Shown here piece after piece: positions 46,903-57,228 of a stretch of 64,000 nt of DNA. The position numbers and the translations under genes were made by a program. This DNA comes from Eukaryota sp. TZLM1-RC (lineage: Eukaryota; Protista; Metamonada: BaSk clade), in the NCBI GenBank assembly GCA_040285825.1, contig JAUPSS010000004.1:6043784-6107783 (forward strand), in the 5' to 3' direction. Under the pieces are notes generated by a model. That model was not told the origin of the DNA. It ran no database searches and was given only the letters and a program-made list of their open reading frames with translations. Within the stretch, counting starts at the first letter, position 1; every line of letters begins with the position of its first letter.

Positions 46903-47704
46903 CCTAATTAGCGGTCATATTTCCAATTTTTTATCTTAAAATAATTCACTACATTTTTTTCTGTTTTTGACATTTGTTGTCGAAAAGCATAATACTGACC
47001 ACTGCTTTGTGAAACAATTTCACTTTTCAGAATGAAATAGTTGTAATTATACTTTGAAGTGATAACATTGTTGGAAGTCAGTCTATTCCTGCTGGAACAA
47101 GATCACTCACCGCTGATGGAACTATATTTTTTTTACAAAAACCTTCAACCCTGCACAATTGATTGGATGTAACGTCTAAGAATCATAAAAATAATTCAAT
47201 AAACAGTGGCAATCACGGCACAAATGTGCTAATCACCAATATGCACGTTTTACCCAAAATCAATTTACTCAAATAAACTATCATTTTTCAATTCAAGCAA
47301 AAAAACAGCATATGTATGAATTCCTTCATTATTCAATGATCATAGTGTCAACACCGCATCCTAATCAAGGAGGTCACTTAACCTTGTATTTAACCCTACA
47401 TTTTAATAATGAAAATATCTGTCTATTTTTTTAGTAAATGCAAAATTGAAGAACATTCACCGAATGAAACCATTGTGACCGATGTGGCTCAATGAATTCT
47501 ATATTTGATGCCTAAACAGAATGGAAAATTAAACAAACGTAATTGAAAATGCACCAAAGATAATCACAACTATTTGTCAAGCTTCATCATGGTATTTTGT
47601 TTTGAATGATACTGTTGGAAAATGTATCTTTCAAACACCAATCATTTGCCACATGAATGTTGGTGCTGAATCAAAGTAGACATAATTCAGCACTCTATAG
47701 AAAC

Positions 47705-47789
47705 TGCATCTAGTTCTTTTGTCTTGGGAGAGATGAATTATTTGGATGTTGATTTTTAAGTTTTCTGATAGATAAATTTAAATAAAAAA
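47705..47789 (+). mobile_element. Short diverged 3'-terminal fragment of family A
   Basis: TGCATCTAGT..TTTTGT.TTGGGAGAGATG...GATGTTGATTT matches 31632-31710. Confidence 0.75.
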
Positions 47790-48007
47790 CATTATTACAA
47801 AATAGAAATAAGGGACGTCCCCTCTGCAAGATATACTCATGCATTTTTCCTAAAACAGACAAACATTAAAATGAATATGAAAATGCCAGAAAATGTTAAA
47901 ACATATTTAGTTTAATTGATAATTAATAACACCGAATTTATCAATAAATAATCACAATACACAATAACAAATAGTAACTCTCAATGAACGCAAATTGAAG
48001 AAAATCT

Positions 48008-51000
48008 CTAACAATTCCTAATGTACTTACTCATCCCATTTGTTTCAAAGAAATCAATAATTTCCAAACCATTAGACAACTCTTTGATCCCATTGGAAAG
48101 ACCTGGTTTGATCAAAGGCAAAGAATTCAATACAAAATTAACAAAAGATGCAAACCGTTTACAGCAAAAACTGCACTCCTTGACGCATCCACAACCGCAC
48201 TCCTCAGTTTCTGCTGACTGCATTGAATTTAGAGAAAGAAAGAATTGAATAGTAGAAAGAAACGCATTAATAATGTCATTAATGGAGACCAATTCTTTTG
48301 CTAAAAAAGAATTTAAAACTCCACAGAAACGTAGAGTTAGGGTTTGATTACATGTCATGGAGAACAAACCTGTAAATATTTTAAACAGCAACGACTTCCG
48401 CTCACTAGGGGGTGGTAGTAATCGTTTCTGTTCAATAATATTCCTCAACTTCCCTGCACTGTATTGACTCAACATTTGAATAATCTCATTCGCAATAGAA
48501 TCAAGTGTATCTGTAGACTCAACACTTCGAGTTGTAGGAAGTTCTCCATTAAAGACACCACTACTAAGTTTTCCTTTCATTGAATTTGGTATACGACCAA
48601 GGACTGTACCAAACGAATTGTTGTTGATTAGAGTACTAACTATAATGGTCCTAACAAAATGGATAAACCTAATGAAACAATAATTACAACAGCTCAAACA
48701 GCCACAGCGACAATTTTCATTAGCCACTTGGTTCTCACTTGACTTTTGACAACTAGTTATGCAAAATTTCTGGAATCCACTTTCTAAATTTGCAAAATCC
48801 AACAATTCTACCCCACACAACGAGCTCAGTAATTTACCAAAATTTTGAATTGATAGACCAGGGTAATAGGCCTGAAAGAGTGAGGTAAACATCTGAAAAA
48901 CAAAGTCATTTTTATGAGTATTTGACTTGAGAATATCTGCCTCCTGAATAGTTTTTCGAATTTCTTGTGGCTTCTGAGTAATTAAGGACGAAATAGCGAC
49001 TCGAGCTAACTGTTGAAGTGATAACTGATGGTTTGAGGCAGGATTATTAGCTACTTCAGAACCCTTTTTGTTTTTCTTCTTATTCTTATTCTTGTCTTTC
49101 TTGGCATCTTGATGTGAATTATTGAAGGAATTAGATGGCTGCGGTGACATTTGGAGAAGCAATTGGTTGATTGAAGTAGAACTTCCATCAATGATTTCAG
49201 AACCCTTTTTGTTTTTCTTCTTATTCTTCTTCTGCTCTTTCTTGGCATGTTGGTGTAAATTATTCGAGGAATTAGAAGGCTCTACCTCAGTAGAGTCGGT
49301 GAAAGCTAAATAAAGAAGGTTTTTCGATTTCTTGACCGGACCATTTTTCAAAATTTCGATAATTTCGGCATTATAAAAAAAGGAAGCATTTTCAAAGCAT
49401 TTAAGAAACTTCACCAAGCTGTTACTGCAAGATAAACAAGAAACTAGAACATTACAATCACAAGAAGTTTCACTAATATTCATTCCTTCAACATTCAACG
49501 TGTTCGATTTCATGATTTTCTGCTGAGTAAATATTTTCAAAGCAAAACGAATGTCCTTAATTGAAACAATGCAACAGTTGACCAAGCTTTCGATTAATCC
49601 AATAGCTTGGCTGATAGTAGATTGCGAAACATTTTGAACAAAGAGTAGGTCAAGAACTTCACTGATGAAAAGACACCGCATTGAAGAGGTCTCTGAAATA
49701 AGACTTGTCGTGATTGATTTTCTTAAAATTTTGGTCTTAGTAGTGGAAAGCCTTCCGACAATGTCCACGGCAAGGTGATGGAGCTTGTGGAAATAAAACT
49801 CTCTTACATCATTGCTTCGTGGTAGTAAAGATGCTGAATTATTGAGTAAATTTTTGGCGAAATATTGGCGTTGACGGGCAGGAATAGAGGAAAGCATATC
49901 AGAAAAATCAAGAAAAGTAATAGGGCTGACGTTGAAAAACTCTTTCAAAAATTTGACAAATTTCTGGTGACATAGATGACAAGAAGAGATCACTCCACAA
50001 CTACATGATTGCTCTATTTCTGATTCACTTCTTGGACTTTCAACAACACCTTCCTTTGTTGCGTACATTTCAATAACAAATGTTTTACATCCTGCGTACA
50101 GAGAACTTAAAGAAAAAAGGTTCTGGGAGGTTGAGACGGTCAAAAACCGAGAGAAAACATGAACAAGATGTTTCCAGTTTGGTTGAGTAAAGAAATGTTC
50201 CAATAATTCACAAACAAATCTGGAATAATCGGAAAATGAGTTGAAAAACTTATTATTCCTCACTATTTCAATCATTTCGTCAGTTGAATGACCTTCCATT
50301 AGAGAAACAAAGTAATCTTTAGGTGAAGAAGAACTTAAGTAAACTATTCCTTCATTAGTATAACATACAGAACTCTCACATAGGAGATCTGAGTCTGAGT
50401 CTTCTTGATCTGATTTAGAGTTTTTCCTATTGGTATTAGAACCAACATCATCAATTGAGAATAAATTACCAGAAAGTCTACCATCAATGATATTTAATGC
50501 TTTTGTTAACTCGTCCAAAAGCAAGTTTCTTTTTTTGAAGCACCTAGCAGTGTTGAGTGCAGGACTTTTCTGGGATTGGCTTAACATCGGGTCTAGCACA
50601 ACTAGACCTTGGGTTGAAGTTTTGACTTTTTTGGGTAGCGACTTGATTGGAATAGGCCATTCGTGGAGAATTGATATAGCAAAATTTATAAAATCAAAAT
50701 GTAGATAAAAATTGAAAAATCCATATAATAATTGGGTTAAATTAGGTTTTCTCCGTTGTTTGTTCCACTGTTTGCTGAATGAAGCCATTCTTTTGCTCTT
50801 GATAACTGCAGTTATAGAAGAATTCCCAACAATTTCTGACACTGGAGGCAGAATAGGTGATGGCAATTTGTATGATAAATAATGAATTACCATTAAAACA
50901 AGACAATATGAAGTAAATCCACCTTCAAAAGCGCCGGCAAGTTCATGGTCAGCTGCCCAACGTTTAACTAGTTTGCAAAGGTTAATGGCATGGCGTGACA

Positions 51001-51427
51001 TACTGAGATATTCCTTCAAAAACTGTGCAGCGACTGGGCCCTTATCATCCCCTATGGAAAGATCCACTTGTAGATTGGAATGGGGATCGGTAAACTTGAT
51101 GATGGGACACACAGTGGCAGGAACGATAGAGATGTTAGAGAAATAGAGGTCTAGGGAAGATTCAACCTTACGTAGTGCTTTGATTGCTGATTGAGAGCTA
51201 TGCTGACCAATGATACAAAGGTCAAGATCAGAATCAGGTGTAAAGAGACATTCTGTGGCAAAGGAACCAAAGGGAAGGACATTTTCGTTTGGAAAGTGCT
51301 CCTTGATGAGAGATTTGACCAGGTCCATAACATCCTCAACAAGTGAAAAATAAGTAGGAGTAACTTGGAAATGATCAAGTATGGTTTGTAAAGGGATGGA
51401 AAGATGCGACGAACCCAAATGAGTCAT
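48008..51427 (-). CDS. Non-canonical poly(A)/terminal uridylyltransferase (Cid1/Trf4-like) with four C-terminal Cys-rich helical repeats
   Basis: PFGS...DSDLDL, PIIKF, VDLS, GGFTSY, PAP-associated LL.GFF.FY..FDF...ISI...DP...N.AR; first in-frame ATG 51427 (start uncertain). Confidence 0.85.
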   Translation of the reverse strand: MTHLGSSHLSIPLQTILDHFQVTPTYFSLVEDVMDLVKSLIKEHFPNENVLPFGSFATECLFTPDSDLDLCIIGQHSSQSAIKALRKVESSLDLYFSNISIVPATVCPIIKFTDPHSNLQVDLSIGDDKGPVAAQFLKEYLSMSRHAINLCKLVKRWAADHELAGAFEGGFTSYCLVLMVIHYLSYKLPSPILPPVSEIVGNSSITAVIKSKRMASFSKQWNKQRRKPNLTQLLYGFFNFYLHFDFINFAISILHEWPIPIKSLPKKVKTSTQGLVVLDPMLSQSQKSPALNTARCFKKRNLLLDELTKALNIIDGRLSGNLFSIDDVGSNTNRKNSKSDQEDSDSDLLCESSVCYTNEGIVYLSSSSPKDYFVSLMEGHSTDEMIEIVRNNKFFNSFSDYSRFVCELLEHFFTQPNWKHLVHVFSRFLTVSTSQNLFSLSSLYAGCKTFVIEMYATKEGVVESPRSESEIEQSCSCGVISSCHLCHQKFVKFLKEFFNVSPITFLDFSDMLSSIPARQRQYFAKNLLNNSASLLPRSNDVREFYFHKLHHLAVDIVGRLSTTKTKILRKSITTSLISETSSMRCLFISEVLDLLFVQNVSQSTISQAIGLIESLVNCCIVSIKDIRFALKIFTQQKIMKSNTLNVEGMNISETSCDCNVLVSCLSCSNSLVKFLKCFENASFFYNAEIIEILKNGPVKKSKNLLYLAFTDSTEVEPSNSSNNLHQHAKKEQKKNKKKNKKGSEIIDGSSTSINQLLLQMSPQPSNSFNNSHQDAKKDKNKNKKKNKKGSEVANNPASNHQLSLQQLARVAISSLITQKPQEIRKTIQEADILKSNTHKNDFVFQMFTSLFQAYYPGLSIQNFGKLLSSLCGVELLDFANLESGFQKFCITSCQKSSENQVANENCRCGCLSCCNYCFIRFIHFVRTIIVSTLINNNSFGTVLGRIPNSMKGKLSSGVFNGELPTTRSVESTDTLDSIANEIIQMLSQYSAGKLRNIIEQKRLLPPPSERKSLLFKIFTGLFSMTCNQTLTLRFCGVLNSFLAKELVSINDIINAFLSTIQFFLSLNSMQSAETEECGCGCVKECSFCCKRFASFVNFVLNSLPLIKPGLSNGIKELSNGLEIIDFFETNGMSKYIRNC
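49020..49290 (-). repeat. In-frame ~48-codon tandem duplication (PSNS.NN.HQ.AKK..K.NKKKNKKGSE) inside the nucleotidyltransferase gene
   Basis: Two near-identical Lys-rich segments in the translation and the DNA. Confidence 0.8.
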
Positions 51428-52041
51428 TTGTGATGATGGAGAAAATGGTTGATCGAGAAAATTTCGAAAATCATGACTCAAAATTATAGAATTAGAACAT
51501 GCTTAATAGAACGTATTTGAACTTAAATTTTGAATCACTGAAACAATATAGGAGGATACTTTCTTGTATCAATAGATGAGATTGATTCGTTATGTGTCTT
51601 ACCAACGATCCTGATGAGTAATTAACTTGCGTGCAGCTTTGTGCGAATACAAACTTGTCATATGTTGTGGCAGTACAGATCACAATCAGTTTATAAGCAA
51701 TGACACGTCTCCATTAAATTCACTTTATTTTGTGAAATTGTAGACATTTCAATTTTTACAAGGAGAATTTCTTGTGGTGTTGATTACAGTTAGAGATCAG
51801 AAATAAAGATAATGTCACAAAATGACAGAGATAAAGTAAATTTGCTTTGTCCTTATTCTATTTCAGCCTAAAGGCGCCAATACTGCTTGTTCCCTTTTTC
51901 AAAATTAATTAACTATAAACCAATTGATTTATAACTATAAAGACTATAAAAATACAAAATGCTAATAACTAAATTTTAATGTTTTTTATTGTCTAATATT
52001 ATCTCTGCACTGGTTGGGGATTGTACAAACAGTGGTTTTAC

Positions 52042-53110
52042 ATAAGATTGACAATCGATGACCGTGACTCATCTACCATGATATAGAGTTGAGTTTGTAA
52101 CATTAACTGAAAAGGGCCTCTTTCCAAGATCTGTGTGTTTGGTTATTTTGTTGGGTATGCTTTAATCGCTGCATAAAGACGCTCTGCTTCTTTCCTGTTG
52201 CGTAAACGAATACAGTGGTAGTGCCGTTCAGTAAAATTATTATGGAAACGAATCGTGGATTCATTAAAGATAAAAATGATCTAAGTTGCACTAAAACTTT
52301 CAATAAACAAAGTAACAAAGTCCAAAAATCTGAAGGCGTTTTTTGTTGTTAAAGCACTACTTTTTCTACCGAAATTGTTAAAGGAGCAACATCCGTATCC
52401 TTGCTTATGTAATATATTGATGATAAAGGTGGATTCATTACCCGTTACCTCGTAGTGTTCGACTCTATTAGTGTTTGGCTCCATAAAGGAGGGAGCTGCT
52501 CGGATAGAAAGAAGTCTCTTGGCTCGAGTTTAGCCTTTTGCGTCCTTGTCTAAGAATCTGAAGAACGCATCGTTAGCGCCTTTTCCCCTTCCTACTGTTT
52601 AATTGAACGTGTAACTCAATATACCTATCCAACGAAGTAGACTGGGGTGTTTTGAGATTTATATGTCTACCTGTACTTAGCAGTGGGTTTTCATCTCTTG
52701 AGAGAGGAGAGGGTGATAGTTCCATTCTCGTCACCACTTTAAAATTTATTGACTCTTGAACATTTGAGAAAGGAGAGGAAGGCGGATCCGTTCTCGTTAC
52801 CTCTTTCTCAGATGATGTGGAAGGAGAGGGAATTAAGTCCGTTCTAGTTATCCCTTCAACCGCTTTATCTTCAGGAAAAGAGGTCGGATACGGGTCTTGT
52901 ATACTTGTTTCACATGAAAGGGAAACCTCATCCACTTTTCCAACTGAAAATCGGAAAATTTGTTAAAGGAGAATGTGGAAGCTGTGTCCGTTGTCTGTTT
53001 TCTTGTCTTTTTTTGAGCTGCATCTTGTTGAAAGAATGTGCAGTGTCAAGAAAATTTCGCTGAAGGATGTCTGACATGCTGATACCTGCATTTTTTTGAA
53101 TTATGTTCAC
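52042..53110 (-). pseudogene. Degraded ORF of unknown family
   Basis: Consecutive minus-strand ORF pieces linked by frameshifts and in-frame stops; three (V/I)TR.(D/E)...SP repeats. Confidence 0.4.
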
Positions 53111-54497
53111 TGCGGAAGTGTTGTTTGCTGATGTTGTTGGATACTGTATACGTAAGCCTTATTGTAGGCTAATAATTATTGTTGCCTTAAATCGGAGAAT
53201 AAGAATTAAGTTGATTTATTTTTCATTCATATTATATAAGCCCAAGGGCACCAACACCATCTTTAGCTCTATCTCAGTTACCTTTCAAACATTTCGGTGT
53301 CAATTCATGGAAGTATTGCTTACCAGGGTTAAGAACATGAGGTCATTGGTTGTGTTTATTTGTGCGAAAGTATTCTGAATTGAAAAACAAAATACCATGT
53401 TGTGATAGAAAAAGCTTGTAAAGTTGATTTTAGTACATGTATAGACTTTTCGTCTATGATTGTTAATTGGGGCAGGTCATCCATCTAACCCACATATAAC
53501 GAAACGAAAAGTGCAACGACCAAATTGCACACATGCAGCTAAAAATTGGACGTATATAGCAATCCTAAATTAGTAAATGTTTCGCTGTTTTATGAAATTG
53601 TGAATTTATCAACCAATATTCAAAATTTAATATTTATTTATTGATTAAGCCGTAAATGGTGCTTACCTAATGTTATTTTTTCAAAGACTAATCCAGAATA
53701 TTTTATTCAAAATAAACAAACTGACAAATAATTCAAAAACTCAATCAGTATGGTCCAGCCTTGAGCTAGACTAATTTAACCGTTTACTGTAGGAATAGTT
53801 GATCGTAGCTGCCTCACATTTGATTAATGAAATAAAGAGTCCATCCAAATGCTACATTACAACTAGATTTCAGTCAATTAGTTGGTTGGACTTTGAGGAG
53901 AGAAAGCACTACTATAAGGAAGCAAACTTGTAGTTACAATTACTTGTCACTGCTACTATTTTCCAAATGCCTGCACCCCCTGGTTCTTCTAGAAAATGTT
54001 TTAAATTGATATTTGTTGATATCAGAAACATATCAGCGGCGCAAAAACCTTGCAAGCCAACAATTCCATGTTTATTGTAAACTGGAAAAATGATTATTTT
54101 ATTATTAATAAGATGCATTTCAGTCAATTTCGAGAATTATTATTCCAGCAAGGGGTAACAACTAAAAGAACAATATCCTATTGTAAAAATATTTCAACCC
54201 ATAAATTTTGTCATCAGCAAATGTTCTTTAACAGGCAGACTCCTCACTTTTGACTAGCTACGCTACTTGAAATTGGAAGTCATATCCATGAGGAACTCTA
54301 TCTACACTATTCTGATAGACCATGTGTAGGAATACTCAGATCCATGATATCTTTTCTGCAAACAACATCAGACCATATGTGGCTATCGTGATGTCAGATA
54401 TGAATATGATTATCATCATATTGATGTCAGTATTGTCACCTGACGAGAACATTTACAATCAAATCTGTGTTCAACTTGCCATTCTTTTCACGAACTG

Positions 54498-56928
54498 ATG
54501 CCTATTATCGGCATTGATCTTGGTACTACGAATAGCTGTGCGTACACTTGTGAGCGCAATGGAACGTTTGTCAGTTTTGTTATTGACTTCAGCCCTGATC
54601 TTGTTGATATTCAAGGGCAATCCACTCTTCCGTCCATGGTGGCATTATGCGATGGCATTGTAGCGGTTGGCGAGCCAGCTTTGGCTATCCAAGAAGACGA
54701 TCCACATCTAGTCGCCAGAGAGTTTAAAAGACTAATGGGTCGTTCTTTTTCACATCCTTCAGTGCAAGAAGTTCTGAAGAGATTCAACTATACTATTAAA
54801 CCCAGTGAGAAGGGGGACAGTTGTTCTATATTATTAGAAAACCGGACTTTTACTCCTCAAGGTTTGTACCTGACGCTTCTAATTCAAGAACTATCAAGTT
54901 TTGTTCTACGTCGTTTAAAAGAACTTGCAGAAGATCTCCGTGCTGTTCAGTATAACGAAGCTGTGATCACTGTCCCTGCATATTTCAATGATGCCCAGAA
55001 AGATGCAACAAAGCAGGCAGGAGAAATCGCTGGCCTCAAGGTGTTGAGAGTGTTGGAAGAGCCCATTGCTGCCGCTTTAGCCTACCGCCAGGCAAACCCT
55101 GATCTTGATCTTGAAGGTAAAATTATTTTAGTTTTTGATCTGGGAGGTGGAACCTTTGATATCACCCTTGTCAAGGTCAACAAACAATCTCTCGAAGTCA
55201 TTGATACTGATGGTGATGCCATGTTGGGAGGAAGTGATTTTGATGAACTCTTGTTCGAATACTGTCTCAATGCTGCTGATCAAAAATACCCAGATCATAA
55301 TTTACGTAAAAACTCATTGTTTAAGTCAAGGTTACGTAGCAGATCAGAACAAGCTAAAAAGAGACTGTCCACTGAAGAAAACGCCCGTATTTCTCTCAAG
55401 GTTGCTAGATCAGTTACATTTAGCAAAATGATCTATAGAACAGTGTTTGAAGGTCTCTGTCAGCCCAAGTTTGATCAATGTATGAACTTAGTTGCAGGTC
55501 TGCTGAAACGTAGAGGCATGACTTCCGATGATATCGCACAAGTTCTGTTAGTGGGAGGCTCTACCAGAATTGCAAAAATACGTCAAATGCTGAGGGACAC
55601 TTTTGGTAAGGACAAGGTAAAAGGAGACCTCAGAGTAGACGAAATTGTTGGACGTGGAGCTTCCCTTGCCGTCAATAATGCTGGAAATGAGGGAAATGTG
55701 GTGTTACAAACGATTACGGCCCATTCTCTAGGCACAGACTTTATTCGTCAATCTACAACGACATACCACAGCTATTTGATCTTGGACAAATCTGGAAGTA
55801 TGTATTCCAAGAGAGCTACGCCCACAATGGACTGGGTACAGCAGGAAAACATCCTTGGTGCTGTTGTAGAAAATACCATGAAATTTGCTGAAACAAGAGC
55901 CAAAGAATCTCCTCAAGATAGAATCTCGATTATAACGTTCAACTCTTCAGCAAATGTTGTGGTAAACGGTCTTCCTGTTACAGCTCTGGGTGAACTCAGG
56001 GACAAGCTCAATGCGATTATACCTGCAGGAACCACAGACTACCTTTCTGGTCTCTCTACGGCGTTTCAACTTGCAAGTCAGCAGACCGAACTTCAACCGC
56101 TGTTTGTTATGCTCTCTGATGGGTGTGATGGAAGAAGAAGAACTGAGGCTGTTCAATGTGTAGAACAGTATTTTGCTTCTAACATTGGATGCCAAATGCA
56201 TACAATAGGTTTTGGAAATCCTTCAGATTTTAAGCACTTGAAAAACCTTTCTTCAATTGCTGGCGGATCTCATTATCATTCATCTGACTCAATCTCTCTA
56301 GGGAAAGCCTTTGATGGTATCGCAAAGGGTACAGCCACCCCAATGGGAAATCAAACTGAGGAATGCTATCACATCATTCCACGAAGAACGCGCATTCCAG
56401 CTTCTTCTTCTGCCACTTTTGTCAATTGTTTTGATAATCAAAAGGAAATAAGTGTCAAAGTATTGGAAGGAGAGAAGAGGCTTGTTTCAGAAAACCTACT
56501 GCTTGCAGAGTTTGTTTTTGAAATTGACCCAAAGCCAGCCGGTCAGTCCAAGATTGTTGTTGTATTTGAAGTAGACAGCAATGGTTTGTCATCATGTAAT
56601 ATTAACATTAGGGATTTTACAAGTAACTGCGTCTGCAGATGGCCGTTCAAGAGTGGTTCGCATCAATAAGAAACCTGGAGTGCTGAGTGATAACCAGATG
56701 TTCAATGCCCAAAACGACTGTGATGACTTAATGTTGCGCTCTAAGCTTATGTCTCTTTTTGGTGAGCTCAACGAGAAAATAGATACACTTCCGCTCTCCA
56801 AGGTTGAGTCTATTGTGTACAATCGTTTAGTCCAACAAATAGACAATGTTTTGAAGCGCAAAGCTTCTGTAGATGAAATGCAGTTTTTGCTTAATGATTG
56901 TAGATCTGAGTTAGCTTCTCTTGTATAG
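54498..56928 (+). CDS. Hsp70-family protein with a vWA domain inserted in the substrate-binding domain (introns 54566-54592, 54862-54888, 56584-56611)
   Basis: [44 protein letters not shown]; [23 protein letters not shown] (MIDAS); then [30 protein letters not shown]. Confidence 0.9.
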
Positions 56929-57228
56929 TTTATGAATTTTGACAATTGGTTGAATATAAAAGTTTTTGAATGTTAAATTGTCATTTTCAAACTGATACTC
57001 TGGACTACACTGTATCATCACTTCAATGATTTAGAGTGTTGAAAAATTGCTGGGTCGTCTTAAATATTTGTTGCCATTTAATGCTGTTAGACGACAGTTA
57101 TATTTGATGCCAAATACAAAACAATTTTCATTATGTGATGACTACAAACTATTTTTTGATTGTATATTACTAATATATGAAAAATTATCAAATAATCAAT
57201 TGAATTTGTATTTACATCAATATATCAG

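Noticed and set aside
43889-51427. Functional link between the 5S array and nearby BCP1 / nucleotidyltransferase genes
   Set aside because: Only proximity; BCP1 is a uL14 chaperone, not a 5S RNP factor, and there is no sequence evidence of linkage
53980-54000. TTCTAGAA heat-shock-element core ~500 bp upstream of the Hsp70-vWA gene
   Set aside because: Only two clean nGAAn units, distant for this compact genome, and expected by chance
56581-56928. Separate 115-aa gene after the Hsp70-vWA ORF
   Set aside because: It is the last exon, joined through intron 56584-56611, which restores DSNGILQVTA
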